From NCBI GenBank assembly GCA_963693365.1, contig CAVNZM010000012.1, positions 1,736,001 through 1,800,000 of the forward strand: 64,000 nucleotides of DNA, given 5' to 3'. Positions 25,772 to 38,726 of this stretch are shown one piece after another (the stretch's first letter is position 1; each line of letters begins with the position of its first letter). The stretch comes from Amoebidium appalachense (taxonomy: Eukaryota > Protista > Ichthyosporea). Below the pieces are notes generated by a model that saw only the letters and a program-made list of their open reading frames with translations, was not told the origin of the DNA and searched no databases. Made by a program: the position numbers and the translations under genes.

Positions 25772-26470
25772 ATGACTTTGGATACTGTTTCCAGGGGAGC
25801 CGCCCCTTATCGGCCATTTTTGAAGTATGCTAACCTTAAGCAAAATAAGTATGACGGGCCCGCACGCCCGGCTGTTCTCATCGTAGAAGCGTTCACGTCA
25901 GTTTCCGACGACATCATAAACGAAGCCAACTTGGTTAGCCCTACTCTTGAGGTGTTGCGCGAAGCACAAATTCGGTGGCACGTTGCTGACAAACTCGGTT
26001 TGACACCAAGAACGCCAAAGCAAGGCTTTGACAAGCTTTCCAAAAACCCAGCGAAATACCTTCAAGAACTACGATGCCATTGCGACAGCAATGCTCTTGT
26101 TGCAAAACATGCCACCCTTTACGTCCAATGGTGGCAGGCAGCATACAACACCACCAACGAAGATGTGTACGATTCTATTATTGAGGATATGAACGTCCAA
26201 CTCCCTCGGGTCCTTGAGTCACACCGAGTGGCCACCAAAGGATGGTTTGGTTCTTCTCAAATCATGCTGAAGCATCATATGAGCCTTACGAAGCAGGCAT
26301 CAAGATTTTTGACCAAAAAGATGAAAAGCTGGGACCGACATCACGTGCGTGGGAGTGGCACGGAGCGAGGAAGCTGTCCCACCGGCCACTACGATGAGGC
26401 CGAGTTCGGGACTGACGAAGACGATCCAAGGTCGACGAGGACGTGGAGCCCAAGCACGAAGAAGATGTAA
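25772..26470 (+). CDS. Hypothetical protein (~232 aa), no recognisable domain; possibly frameshifted near the C-terminus
   Basis: Long non-repetitive ORF with protein-like composition downstream of a TATA box. An acidic tail continues in another frame (KVDEDVEPKHEED). Confidence 0.5.
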   Translation: MTLDTVSRGAAPYRPFLKYANLKQNKYDGPARPAVLIVEAFTSVSDDIINEANLVSPTLEVLREAQIRWHVADKLGLTPRTPKQGFDKLSKNPAKYLQELRCHCDSNALVAKHATLYVQWWQAAYNTTNEDVYDSIIEDMNVQLPRVLESHRVATKGWFGSSQIMLKHHMSLTKQASRFLTKKMKSWDRHHVRGSGTERGSCPTGHYDEAEFGTDEDDPRSTRTWSPSTKKM

Positions 26471-27064
26471 CTGGGAGGTATATGTAGTATTGTAGATGAT
26501 AATGTAACTGGGAGGTATATGTAGCTGTAATGTGTGTGTGTCCTTGAGCTGGCCTCAGACAACATGCACAGAGTAATAGAAGTGACGACACCTGTATGAA
26601 ACAGCTGCAGCCTTCTAATATCAGTTCTTGTTTCTCTTTAGTTAAACTTCATTGTGGATGTCGGAAGTTCATGATAGAATAAAAGATTGTGTCGGACCTG
26701 GTGTCATACACTTGAAAGAGACCTCCAAAGTTTTGCGTCCCCCTGCAGAGCATCATTTTACCGGGCTTCTGGCCCTGTGACAACTGTACCATCGTTTCTA
26801 TTGTTGTGCTTGTGCCGTGCTAGATGGCCATCTGCGTCTAGCCATCTTGCTTCTATGTACCAAAGGATTCTATACACACATCAGCTTCTTGAATCTCTGG
26901 AACACAATAATTTTATGTCCAGCTGCAATACCTAGTGCAAACTATCGATGGCCAGCTGCACCGAAAACCTCGGGTGAACATCAGGCACGGTGCAGGAACT
27001 ATATAGCGCAGCTGCATGCAAACTACAAGCTATTTATAGCCCCGAAGCTATCTACAATTCTTAT

Positions 27065-27270
27065 TTATTTAGCCTATTCAGTGACGCCTGAGGCCACCTG
27101 CATTGATGTTATGCAATACATGGTCCCCCCCCCCCCCCTCTCAACCTCCCTCATTTATTAAATATTTAGCCTATTCAGTGACGCCTGAGGCCACCTGCAT
27201 TGATGTCATGCAATACATGGTCCCCCCTCCCCCCCCCCCCCCCCCCCCCCCCCCCCTCTCAACCTCCCCT
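27065..27270 (+). repeat. Tandem duplication, ~98-bp period, containing a poly(C) tract of different length in each copy
   Basis: tatttagcctattcagtgacgcctgaggccacctgcattgatgt(t/c)atgcaatacatggtccc...tctcaacctccc occurs twice. Confidence 0.9.
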
Positions 27271-28723
27271 CCCCCCCCCCCCCCCCCCCCCGTCCCCTCC
27301 CCCTGGCTTCTCCGAGCTCCCTCCCTTCGCCCGTCCCACGCGCCGCGGAAAGGAAAAAATTGACTTGGGTCAGCTGATACGTCAACACGAACAGCAAGTA
27401 GAAAAATGATTTGCACCTTGAGGGGCCCTCGAAGTCGCCCTCGGGGGGAGGGCGGGGGGGGGGGGGGGGGGGGCTAGGGGTATGAATAGGATAAAGTTTC
27501 GCACGTGGCTGCACTACCCCGCTACACAAACTTTAAAAAGGAACACCGTGCAGGCCAAGTATCAATGACATGATATGCAAAGGTAAACAATGTCATTCAA
27601 GTGTGCAACGTAACACTAGCAACGCACGCAGCATATATACGCATATGCATATGCCGTTACATAACAGAACCCATATCATCAAATAAGTGGAACCCATGTA
27701 TGTACTCATCAAACCTCGCATGCGTGGAGAGGGTAGCTGTTTTTGGGGCGTGACAAGGTCCGCGGCAGTGCATGATCAGCCTGCAGGTGAAGGGCTCAGG
27801 CCGGGGCACGAAAAAAAAAATGGACAGTGGCCACATTACTGTTTCTTACACCTTTTTCTTCATGTATTTGTCCAGGTTCCGAAATATACAAAGAGAGGAT
27901 AATTTGGCAATGATTACCTATGTGCATGGCCATATGGTTGGTCCCCATAGTATAATAGGCAGATTAGCCACCCACTCCTGTATCTATCGTTGTCCGGACA
28001 TTTCAAGCACACCTGCCTTTCATTTCATCAACCCTTCCTCTAACCTTAGCTCTTCCCCTGCAACTTACGGTAGCCCGAGGCTGTCGATGGCTAAAGCAAT
28101 ATTTAGCATGCAAAAACCAGCACGTCTCGAATAAAAACTCCAGGACATGAATTCAGAGGAATACATCACACAGGCTTGTGTTGTGTGTCGTGTATATTCA
28201 TGTATGTATGCTCCAACAGAGTCGAATGAGGCTTTATGTCATACATGCTGCACTATGCATACGTACATGTTTTCGAGCCTATATTAGAACCTGATTCATA
28301 ATGACCAGTCGCACAGGTGCATTCAGTCGGGGATAGAATACGCGCAGAATAACGGCACATATCTTAAACTATTGCGATTGGATCCTGCTCATTATTTCGT
28401 ACTTGCAGAGAAAAGGAAAAACCCCCTTTTTCAGCATTATTTGTGGCATCCTATTCCACTATTCCAGGTTGCAAGCCAGCTATAAAACAAGAATGCAAAA
28501 AGAGAAGCGTGTGTGCGCCTTTTATGCTTGCAACAGAGGCACTCCGAGGGAAAGAGGGACGGACGGAGGGAGGGAGGGGGGGGGGGGGGGGGGGGGGGGG
28601 GGAGATAGAGGGGGGTTTGGAACCACGGGAAGACACACATGGAATAGGAGGGGAGAAAGCAAGAGAGGGAGGGAGAGAGTTAGAGGGAGCAACATATCCA
28701 TTCTTATCATATGATATACAAAT

Positions 28724-29236
28724 TTACCGGAACGCGCTGGGCAATTTCCGATTCGCCTCAAATGCTTCCGCTGACGTTGATCTTGCAAAAAGTGCCAAAT
28801 CGAGCGCACCCACCACCGCCGCACCATACCATATCCGGCAATCCGGTGGCGTGCTGTATTTAGCAGGCCTCTTGGCGCTCACCACACAACCCTCGCCTAG
28901 TTTCTGCACCGCCTTTAACCCCTGCACCCTCTCCTGAATCTCCTTAAAGGCACGTGCGCGAAACCCCTTCATAAGCACGGTGCCGCCGCAGAAAACCATG
29001 TTTTCACACAGGTCCTTTCTGTTGTCGATTGGAGCCGCCAATAACGCTTCGCACACTAGTGCCTGTATGGTGTTTCCGTCTTCCTCCCCGGATTCAAACA
29101 ACAAACTGGCAACAATTTGCTCTCTCGTTTCTCCGCTAACGACGAGTGTCTCCCCGTTTCCGAGGCGAAGTCTGCCGGCGGGGACGTCCGGGCTGTCTTC
29201 GGTGATTCGTGTGGGTGGGATGAAACAGAGGTGCAT
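28724..29236 (-). CDS. ACTR10: ACTR10 exon 3
   Basis: MHLCFI...EALLAAPIDNRKDLCENMVFCGGTVLMKGF...WYGAAVVGAL is the actin-fold C-terminus. CAG acceptor, phase 0; TAA at 28724-28726. Confidence 0.85.
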   Translation of the reverse strand: MHLCFIPPTRITEDSPDVPAGRLRLGNGETLVVSGETREQIVASLLFESGEEDGNTIQALVCEALLAAPIDNRKDLCENMVFCGGTVLMKGFRARAFKEIQERVQGLKAVQKLGEGCVVSAKRPAKYSTPPDCRIWYGAAVVGALDLALFARSTSAEAFEANRKLPSAFR

Positions 29237-29327
29237 CTGTGCATGGTGGAAGTAAAAGCATGTCAGGAAAAGCGGCAAACACCGGACCCTCCTTTTCTTT
29301 TTTAACGAGAGAAAAAAAAAATTCATC

Positions 29328-29366
<39 letters not shown>

Positions 29367-31071
29367 TTCCCCTTCTCCCTCCCAATACACACACACACAC
29401 ATACAAAAACACCACCACACCAGCAGCAGCACCCCACCACCATGCTAAAACGAAAGGGCACAGCCACAGGCGGAGAAAGGGGAAGGGGGGAAGGGGTAAA
29501 TGCGCCATAAAGGGTGCACTCACGACGAACAACACTATGCAAGTACAAACCACACACAGAGTGTGCATAATGATCAGAGCCCAACCTCCCGAGGGGGGAG
29601 AGGGGGGGGGGGGAGAAGGTTGATTGATGGGTTAGCTTAAAGTGTGTTTTAAAGTGCCAAGTACACACAGGGGTTTTAGAGTGTGTTTCAGAGTACAACA
29701 TACACAATCACTACGGACAATGCATTGCAGCTTATGCAAGGGAGGGAAGAAGAGGGGGGGGGGGGGGGGGGAGGAATCCCTGAAGAGATGTAGGGCTGCC
29801 CGAGTTTAAACAAGGGGATTTGCAGAAAAGGACAAGGTTGTCACAGAAGCAGCAATCCTAAGACACACAACACAACCACAGGCGAGCATTTGCAACCAGA
29901 AGAAAAAAAGCAAGCAAACAAGAAGGGAAGCAACGGGGCTTCTAGACAATGCTCCCCACTCGGGAAAGACGACGAGATAGTGACAGGCAACGAGAAAGAA
30001 TTGTTTGGGAGTGTGTTCTTGGGGTAAATAGGACGGGAAGGGTGCTGGGGGGAGAGGAGCGCCCGGGGGGGAGGGGGGGGGGGGAGGGGGGGGGGGGGGG
30101 AGGGTACATTGTCCGCCCCAAGAGTGCGAAAAGACGATGCAGGGGGGAGGCAGGGAAGGATATAGTGGGAGGGAAGCGGAGGGAGGGTGGGGTGGATAGG
30201 TGGGTGGGTGGGTGGATGGATGGATGGGCGGGGGGAGGGGGGGGGGGGCCTGAAAAACCGCACACACACACACACACAGGAGTTGACACTTCCCCCGATG
30301 TATACACATGGCGAAGGGGAAAACGAGAAGGAAAAGATGTGGTGGTGGTGGTGGGCCGGGGGGAGGGGGGGGGGGGGGGGGGGGGGGGGGTAGGTACAAG
30401 GATACTCTTCGCCCATGATTAAAAGGTTGGACGTATGGAAGCACAAGGTGCTATATATTTAAACACATTGCCAAAACAAGAGCATTACAAGCATACAGTG
30501 CAAGAGATACACTCAACAGGGACATTGAAACTGTTGATAACTGCCCCTGTACACAGACCTACGACCATTATCTCAGTATCCCCCCCCCCCCCCCCCCCTC
30601 CCCCCCCTCCCCCCCCCCCCCCTTCCCCTCCCGTCCCCCCCGGGTGGGTAAAAAAAAAAAAAGGTTTAAAAAAAAAGGGAGGAGGAGAAGAAGAAGAAAC
30701 AGAGGATGGAGGTAAAAGAAAGGAAAGAAACAAAAAAATGGAAAAAGAAACATTTCCCAAATTCCTTGCTCTTCCTCCCCCCCTCGGGTTGCCTCTTTTC
30801 CATCCCGTACCTCTTCCTCCCAACATCCCTCCAATCCACCCACTCACACGTTCATTACGACCAAACTGCGCTCAAACCTGCACACCATCAATGATTCGGA
30901 AGAAAGGAGAGAGAGATAAGAGTGATAACTCAGTGATGTGTTGGCGAAGGGGGTGAAGGGGGTTGAGGTGAAGGAAGAGAAGGTCTAGGGTCTAGAGGCG
31001 TGAGCGGGAGTGGGGGGTAAAGGGGCAAGGGAAGGGGGGGGGGGGGGGGGGGGAGGGGGGGGAACCCATAC

Positions 31072-31486
31072 CTTCACCTCTTCCAGCACCCTGTCACATA
31101 AATCATCTTCCGTAACGGATCTGGTCTGCTCTCTCCTCTCCACTACCGCACTAGCCAACATGTGTTTTCTCAATGCGGCATCAATTGCCGATCCAGCAAG
31201 GGGGGCGGATCGCCATGCTGACACGACAGGTGCACCGCAGCACACCGGAACAACACGCAACTCACTGTATCCACAATCGATGACAAGAGCCGTTTTGCAC
31301 GCCAACGGGAAAAGAGGCAATGCGGGCGATGGGAGATTGATGACACTTGGGGCTTTTAGAACATGGAACAGGACGTGGGCAAGGCTGTCGCGGATAATTT
31401 CGGGCATGGCGTAGTCTTCAGAGCAGACAACACGCCGCTCGGGAGGGTTAACGAGAAGAAGCTTAAAATATACGTTGTGTAGGTGC
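31072..31486 (-). CDS. ACTR10: ACTR10 exon 2
   Basis: HNVYFKLLLVNPPERRVVCSE...LAHVLF...ALVIDCGYSELRVVPV...WRSAPLAG matches the Arp10/Arp11-specific YFxxLLVNPxxRRVV motif. Phase 2 in, phase 0 out (GTATGG). Confidence 0.9.
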
Positions 31487-32061
31487 CTGTGGGAATGTGT
31501 GGGTGGGAGGAGTTGGGGGGGGGGGGGGGAAGGGGGGGGAGGGGGGGAGGGGGCCCTCATGGAGGGGGGGGGGGGGGGGGTTAGTCAGGGAGTGAAAAGG
31601 AAGGAGCAAGCAGGGGAGAAAAGAAAAGAACTGGATGGTTGAGCGGGTTGGAAGGTAAGGTGGGAAAAAAAGGGGGGAGGGGGGGGAGAAAGAGAAAGAG
31701 GGAGGGAAGGAGGTGTGGGGGGAGGAGAGGGGGGGGGGGAGGGGGGGGGGGGGAGGGTGGGGGGTTTGCTACATGGGATGAGGGGAGGAGAGGGAGAGGG
31801 AGAGTGTAAGGGTCCAACGGGCTGTGCAGGACGAGGTACAAAGACAAAAAACGGAAAAATCATACGCACTGTGGAATAGTGCCCAACCCACGAAGAAACT
31901 GGGGGGGGGGGGGGAGGGGGGGGGGGAGCCCCGAGGGGGAGGAAGGGGGGGAGAGTGGGGGAAAGGAGGGAGCCTCGAGGGGGGGGGGGGAGGGGGAGGG
32001 AGGGAAGGGGGGGGGGAGGGGGGGAGGGGGGAAGAATTGAATCAAATCTACTTCCACCTAC

Positions 32062-32405
32062 CCTTTGATAGCAGCATCCAGCTTTTCCCTTGAGCAAGAA
32101 TGATCCAAGTGTGGTGTCTTGACAATGTGCCGTGGAACTGGTTCCCCCGAGAATCCACACTTAGTAAACGCCCTACCCATGTCAATGATCACAGCTGGTC
32201 TCTCTGCTAATCCTGCATCCCCACGTGTTCTCTGCGCAGACAATAGTGCTCCACCAGCCCGTGTTTGTCTTCGTGCTAATGCTGCAGCAATTGCATTCGC
32301 TCTCGTTGTATCACTTGATGTTCCCGAGGACTGGCTGGGTAGTGTGGTGGACTGGGTCCGTAACAACGCTGCTGCTAGCGCAGAGGAACGTGAAGTTTCG
32401 GCCAT
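32062..32405 (-). CDS. ACTR10: ACTR10 exon 1 (actin-related protein 10, dynactin pointed-end subunit; spliced CDS 423 aa)
   Basis: AVIIDMGRAFTKCGFSGEPVPRHIV phosphate-1 loop; donor GTAGGT at 32061. The three exons total 1272 nt with consistent phases. Confidence 0.9.
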
Positions 32406-33409
32406 TTTATATGAAGAAAATAAGGTCGACAGAAATTGAAATGGTGTGTGAGAGAAAGGGGATGTACCTATCCGTGTCGTTCAAAAAACAATAGAAAAAA
32501 AACGAAACGTAAAAAAAAAGTGAGCACTTAGTCGATCGCGACGACTCGTAAATCAACCTAAGGAATGCAGGGTGTTATCAAACGAAAGCCACAAAATAAG
32601 GGGGGGGTTTTGAAAGTTTTGCCCGCCTAAGAAGAAGAAAACCCCCAAATAATGTTTTTTTGACCGAATATGTAATAAGGTCCAAGAGTGGCTCACTTGG
32701 ACGGGTGCACACCACAGCGTCCGTTTTTTTTTGCCTGCAGAGTTGTACACGTGAAGAGGAGAGAGTTGGAAACGTCGACAATCCTCGGCACACTCAGTAA
32801 GGAGAGATTGGTATAGCATTCGTTAGCAAATAAACGGATGAATGATGTTTTTGGCTCATTTTGTGAGCTTTTCAAAGTGATTTTTTCGTAGCTTTTGGCT
32901 GTGATCTTGCGGCTTGTTTTGGATCTGGGCACTCGAAAGCAACATAAACGTGTGATACTTTGATCTGGGGTTGTGTGCTGTTCATTTGCGGACTAAAACC
33001 AGTAGGTTATGTGACATTCTTCTTATATCACTAATACTCACACGTGGTTTGGAAGGAAACCTCTGTTACATCTCGCGGTCTTTGTTCTTGTTCAAACAAA
33101 TGCACATCAAGGCATGATCCCCTGCTACATGCTCAGGAAGATCTCTTCAGTTTTGTCAATTTCACTGAAGTGTGTAGATATAACTGGGCATGGTATTCGA
33201 CCACTAGAGAGATCATTTCTTACTGTGCGAATCCAGCACCTGTTTCCTGCATGTATTCTGAAACTTTATGCCAAATTCAAACGATCTCTCACCTGCAGCT
33301 CTCAATGTCACCCGTTCCTCTTGTCGTTCTGTGCGACTGTGACGACTTTGTTGTCACATTAATTGATATACGCCCAGGGACACGGTATGCATCCCCCCCC
33401 CCCCCCCCC

Positions 33410-33444
<35 letters not shown>

Positions 33445-33715
33445 TTCCCACCCACCGAACCACCCACCCAAATTCTAGCATTCCTTCTCCTTCCCAGCTT
33501 TCCGGAAGCTCTATGTCCCTCATACCTGCACGTGTCTTGTCTATTTCTTGATGTACTGTTATGCCTGTCTATCTTTCTCCTCGTTTGTTCACTCACGTGC
33601 ACAGTGTGTCGACATCTTCTCTTGGCGTTTCTTCCTTGGGAGAATTGGAGAAAGGAGGGGAGAGCGGAGGGGGGGAGGGACCGGGTTGTGGATTTTCCTG
33701 TGATCGCCTTATCCT

Positions 33716-33753
<38 letters not shown>

Positions 33754-34347
33754 TTTTCCACGAACACAGACTCTTCCTCCCCGTGGCCCCCGTCGTCGCC
33801 CCTCCCCCCTAACTTTGATTTCCTTAGACAATACATCTGTTGGTGCCATTGTGAGTTCCGTTCCCAATTGGCTCAACTGACACTGGGTGGTTGCTGCAGG
33901 GCCTGGAATGATTACACGGTCTACCTGCGGCACTGCTTGGTAGGTGCGATGTTCTTGTATTATTTAACGTTGACAAATGTGTGAGATATTAATTTCTACG
34001 GGAATAAGAAAGGGGTGGTGTGTGTGGGTGGGTGGGGGGGGAAAGGGATGGCGGGGGGGAGGGGGGGAGGGGGGGAAGATTTTGTTGTAATCAGAAGGAG
34101 GGAGTTATGGAACCTAGACATCATCTTCATTTGTGGTTCGTTTTAGTAACGTAAATAAGATTTGTGTGGCCCGTTTCTGAGTTATTGAGTGAAATCGATG
34201 CCATCTGAGTTCTCTAAAAGGGGAAGATGTAGGAGTTGGATATCATCAGAATGCTCTGCTTCGTTTCAGATTTTCAGTACAAATTTGTAGCCCCATTCTT
34301 ACCGATCCCTCCCCCCTCACTCCCCCCCCCCCCCCCCCCCCCCCCCC

Positions 34348-34477
34348 GATGACGTGGGCGCCCCCTGAGGATGGGCTCTGCTTATTATGCATACTCTTTA
34401 TGTATGCCTTGCATTCTGCATCGTGTTATCCGTTTGTTCTTGTGTACTTCGTACTTTTTGACGCATTCAAACCCCCC
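34348..34477 (+). mobile_element. Short dispersed element family A, embedded in poly(C) on both sides
   Basis: gatgacgtgggcgccccctgaggatgggctctgc...gacgcattcaaaccccc, near-identical to the reverse complement of 15602-15731. Confidence 0.85.
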
Positions 34478-34973
34478 CTCTTCCCCCCTCCAACTCTCTC
34501 TCTCTCTCTCTCCCTCCCCCCTTCTCCCCCCCCCCCCCCCCCCCCCCCTTCCCCCACATGACAGCCCAGTGAATCGTGCTCACGCAAGCACGCCCGCCTT
34601 TTATTTTTCAGCACAATGACTCCATCTTGTATGGAAGTCTCCGTTTTCTCGAGCCTCTAATACACATTTTTGTCCAATAAGCTGCACACCATTTTAAAGA
34701 CAGAAAGGTGGAAGGAAGGGAATAAAGGAATGCACTGGCGCACTGGCGTACTCGTTTTGCTAACAAACAGGTACACACACACACACACAAACACAACACA
34801 CACTTCTGAACACAAATACACAATCACACGCACCAAGGCTCATCCTCCCCTCTTCTCCCCCCCCCCCCCCCCCCCCAACTCACCTCCGCATCGAAGACGC
34901 AAACGTCCATAGGCACACAGAAACACCCCTACATGCACATACACACGTGGACATTTACACAAGTGCACGGATT

Positions 34974-35022
<49 letters not shown>

Positions 35023-35023
<1 letters not shown>

Positions 35024-35160
35024 AGGCAGTAGCGACTGGCCAGATCGAAGATTCCTGCGAGGTAGAGGAGGAGGAAGACATCGACTTTGGGTTGGACCCA
35101 TCTCTCCTTGCCCAGATGCAGATGATGGGGCTGCCCACGGGGTTTGGAAAGCCCCAGAAG
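35023..35160 (+). CDS. TGS1: TGS1 N-terminal exon
   Basis: EAVAT...QMMGLPTGFGKPQK (MGLPxxFG motif); CAG acceptor and GTATGT donor, phase 0-0. Confidence 0.7.
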
Positions 35161-35307
35161 GTATGTGATGTGGTGTGGGGGAAAGGGGGTGGTGGTGGTG
35201 GTGGTGGTGGGTGGGGGAGGGAGGAATGTCACCTTTTTAAAACCTTTTTTCATGCTGCTTTCTGACCATCTCTCTATCTCCCTCGCTCTCTTCTCTCTCT
35301 CTCTCTC

Positions 35308-35346
<39 letters not shown>

Positions 35347-36060
35347 ACCCACCCACCCACCCACCCACCCCTCTCTCTCTCCCCTTCTGGTTTCTGTGGC
35401 ACTGGGGGAGGGAGGGGGGGGGGGGGGGGGGGGGATGGGGGCGTTAAAGCCGGGCCTGCAGTCAAGGGAGTGGGCGGTGGGGGGTGTAGGGCGTGTGTGT
35501 GGAGGGGGAGAAGGGGGTGGGGGTTGGGTTACTGAAGGGGTGAGGATTTATGGAAAGGCAAGGCACCTACCGGGAGGGAATGGGCGGGAGGGGGTTGAGA
35601 GGGGGGGGGGGGGGGAGGGTCGATGTGGGATGGGGAAGGGAAGAGCAGCGATTAGGAGATAACTTCATATGGGCACCGCGGGGGTGGAAGGTTTTTTTTT
35701 TTTTTTTTTTTTGGGGGGGGGGGGGGGTTAGGGTGTGTGTGCCCTGGAAGAGATGGGCAAGTAAATGAGACGTGTGTTTGTCCCTTTTTTTGGTGGGTGT
35801 GTGTGTGTGTGTGTGTGTTGGGGGGGGGGCGGGATAAAGGAAACGTGTGTGTTTGGGGGGGGGGGGGGGGGGGGGGGGGGGGAGGGGGGGGGGAATGCAT
35901 GGTTGTAAGAGTTCGTTACCTGGGATGTAAGTCGGGCGTGGAGCGTAGCAGACGGATTGTCCTGGAAAGGCCCCCGGGCCAGGGGGGGGGGGGGGGGCTT
36001 GAAATGATGGAATATCTTCTGCTTGTGTTTTTTTTCACACATCTGGGGGGTTTTTTGCAG

Positions 36061-36321
36061 GGCGGTGGGAGGGGGAAACGTGGGGGGGTGACGAAGAAAA
36101 AGAAGAAGAAAGCTCCCGTGATCAACGACCACCGTCTCATTGCTACTGCGGAGGCGCTGCGTAGTTGCGCAACGAGCGATATAGCCATAAAAGGTGCAAA
36201 GAAAAAGGATGCTATTGGCTCCGGGGCCCAGGGTGGTGTGAGCGTGCCCGGGGGGGTGATGGTGGGGGAGGATGTGGACCCGAATGAGGTGTTTACGGAG
36301 AAGTTGTATCGTCGGCTCAAG
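36061..36321 (+). CDS. TGS1: TGS1 exon (basic, NLS-like KKKKKK)
   Basis: tttgcag acceptor, GTGGGT donor, 87 codons, phase 0-0. Confidence 0.65.
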
Positions 36322-36963
36322 GTGGGTGTTTTTTTTTTGGGGGGGGGTGTGTTTTTGTTGTCGCTTGTTTTGTTTTGTTTTGCGCTCTTTTGTTTTATTG
36401 CTTTTGTTTATTTTTATCTTTTCTCTCTTGGCTGGGTGTGTAGTAGGGTGTGCTGGGTGGCATGCGGGGCATTGAGAGGGTTTAGAAGGCTAAATGGTTG
36501 TGAGATCGCAGGGGAAGTTAGGGATGTGCTTGTTCAGTTTCTTAGCTTTTGTTTCTTTGTTTCGATGGGATGGTATATGAAGAAAAGGGAGGGTGGTGGT
36601 GGTGGGGGGGGGGGGGGAGGGGAGGGGAGGGTAGTTGAAGGGGAGGACATGGAGTGGAGAGAGGGGGAGGGAGGGAGGCAGGTGGATGCATGGTCTCTGA
36701 CTGTTTGGTATTTTTCTGGGGTTGTGGAAGGTGTCAGACGATTGGTGGTGGTGTCCTGTGAGGTCCTTGTTGGCAGTTTCTACTTTATTATCTAATCATC
36801 TATATCGGGCGACTTCTTATTATGTGTCATTTTGCTATGGTGGGGTAGGTATGGCAGTTTAATGTTGAATTGGAGACGGGGTGGGTGAAGCGTGGACAGG
36901 TGTCTGTGTGTGTGTGTGTGGGGGGGGTTGGGTAGGTGATTTTTTTTTTTTTTTTTCTTTAGT

Positions 36964-37008
<45 letters not shown>

Positions 37009-37107
37009 GGGGAAGGGATAGGCTACAGGGCTGAGTGAAATGAATCAAGAATCGTGGTTGGAAGATTTGAATTTAGGGGTTGCAGGAGGTGAACTGCGGC
37101 CTTTTTT

Positions 37108-37147
<40 letters not shown>

Positions 37148-37301
37148 ATACGAAACGGAACTTCTGCTCGATCCGTCGGTAGTGTGTTTGTGTATGCAGG
37201 AGGTTTTTTTTAATTTTTTCCCGCCCGGGGGGGGGGGGGGGGGGGGGGGGGATATATGAAATGCTCGCTGCTTGTTCGATCTGTCGTTCTTGTGTGTACA
37301 T

Positions 37302-37523
37302 GTGTGCACACATGTGATGTTGGGTTTTCTCTCTGTTTCTCCTTTTTTTGGGGGGGGGGGGGGGGGGGGGGGGGGGGCGGCTGCATGTGTGTGTGTGTGT
37401 GTCTGTGCCTGTGTCAGTGTGTGCACTTCAGACGAATGGCGTGGGAGTACACTGCTAGTTTGTGCACACATGTGATGTTGGGTTTTCTCTCTGTTTCTCC
37501 TTTTTTTTTTTTTTTTTTTTTTG

Positions 37524-37567
<44 letters not shown>

Positions 37568-37660
37568 CTGCATGTGTGTGTGTGTGTCTGTGCCTGTGTC
37601 TGTGCCTGTGTCAGTGTGTGCACTTCAGACGAATGGCGTGGGAGTACACTGCTAGTTTGC
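37302..37660 (+). repeat. Tandem duplication (~160-200 bp) inside a TGS1 intron
   Basis: tgcacacatgtgatgttgggttttctc...cacttcagacgaatggcgtgggagtacactgctagtttg occurs twice, with different T/G run lengths. Confidence 0.85.
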
Positions 37661-37815
37661 ATCCGGTGGAACGGAAGCTGCAGGAGGGTAGGGGGTGGGG
37701 TGGGGTGGGGGGGGGGGGGGGGGGTGGGAGGGGGGGGGGGGGGGGGGGGGCACAAAACATCACGATCTCACACGTGGTTTGTCAATCTTCTTCTTAACTT
37801 TTTTTTTTTTAACAG

Positions 37816-38183
37816 ATGCAGATGGGCCAGCCAGCAACCGCCCACCCAACCAACCAATCATCAATAGCCCCCGCAGGCGGAGTCGGACCCATCGCTCTGC
37901 CTGCCTCCTCCACCGGCACCACACAGATGATGATGTCACTGAGCTACAACCCGAGCACTGGTACTCTCAACTACGAGATCCTTCCAGTACAATCCGCAGA
38001 CGTACTCTCCGCCATGGTGAACCTGTTGCGTACTATGGTGCCCCCAAACAGGTATACAGACTCGCCTGATCCCCAGCCAATCGTTGCGGCCGATGGTGCG
38101 GTGGGTGGGGCTGTGCCCGGAGGGGATGTGATGGATGAAGATAGCGATGTGTCACCTGATGATGACTTTGCAAACCTGTTGGG
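37816..38183 (+). CDS. TGS1: Probable TGS1 exon (non-conserved N-terminal extension)
   Basis: Poly-T+AACAG acceptor; open frame MQMGQP...DDDFANLLG; donor GTATGA. Phase 0 in and 2 out fit the neighbouring exons. Confidence 0.5.
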
Positions 38184-38234
38184 GTATGAGTAACCCTCTC
38201 CCCCCCCCCCCCCCCCCCCCCCCCCCCACCTCCA

Positions 38235-38274
<40 letters not shown>

Positions 38275-38726
38275 CCCCCCCCCCCCCCCCCCCCCCTGGG
38301 CGCATATAGCGTGTGTTTGCTCCGTTTTTTGCAATAAGCTACATTGTGTTTTCCGTTGCATCGTGAATGCGTGAACATCTTACTCTACAACACATTCCAC
38401 TCCCTCCCCCCTGCGGGGAGGCTTCGTCAATGTCATGTGTTTCTTGCCATGGCACCCCCCTTGTACTTTCATCATTTATTTCTTTCTTTCGTACATTTTC
38501 TTTCGTTTCTTTTCTTTCTTTTTTTTTTTTGCACCACATGTTTACGGCCATGTGTGATTGCATGCAGATAAGCTCTACTGTTTTTGCAGCATGTATACGG
38601 CTCGAAACACTACTTCATTTTGATAAGCCGTGTTGCGTTGCACCGTGCACCACATCCATTCACCATTGCTTTCAGATATGCTATAATGTAATGCACCTGC
38701 ATATTCACAATCACACACGGTCACAG

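Noticed and set aside
26600-26900. Possible KDZ-type transposase remnant on the - strand
   Set aside because: The diagnostic Cys/His motifs are absent and the frame is broken by stops.
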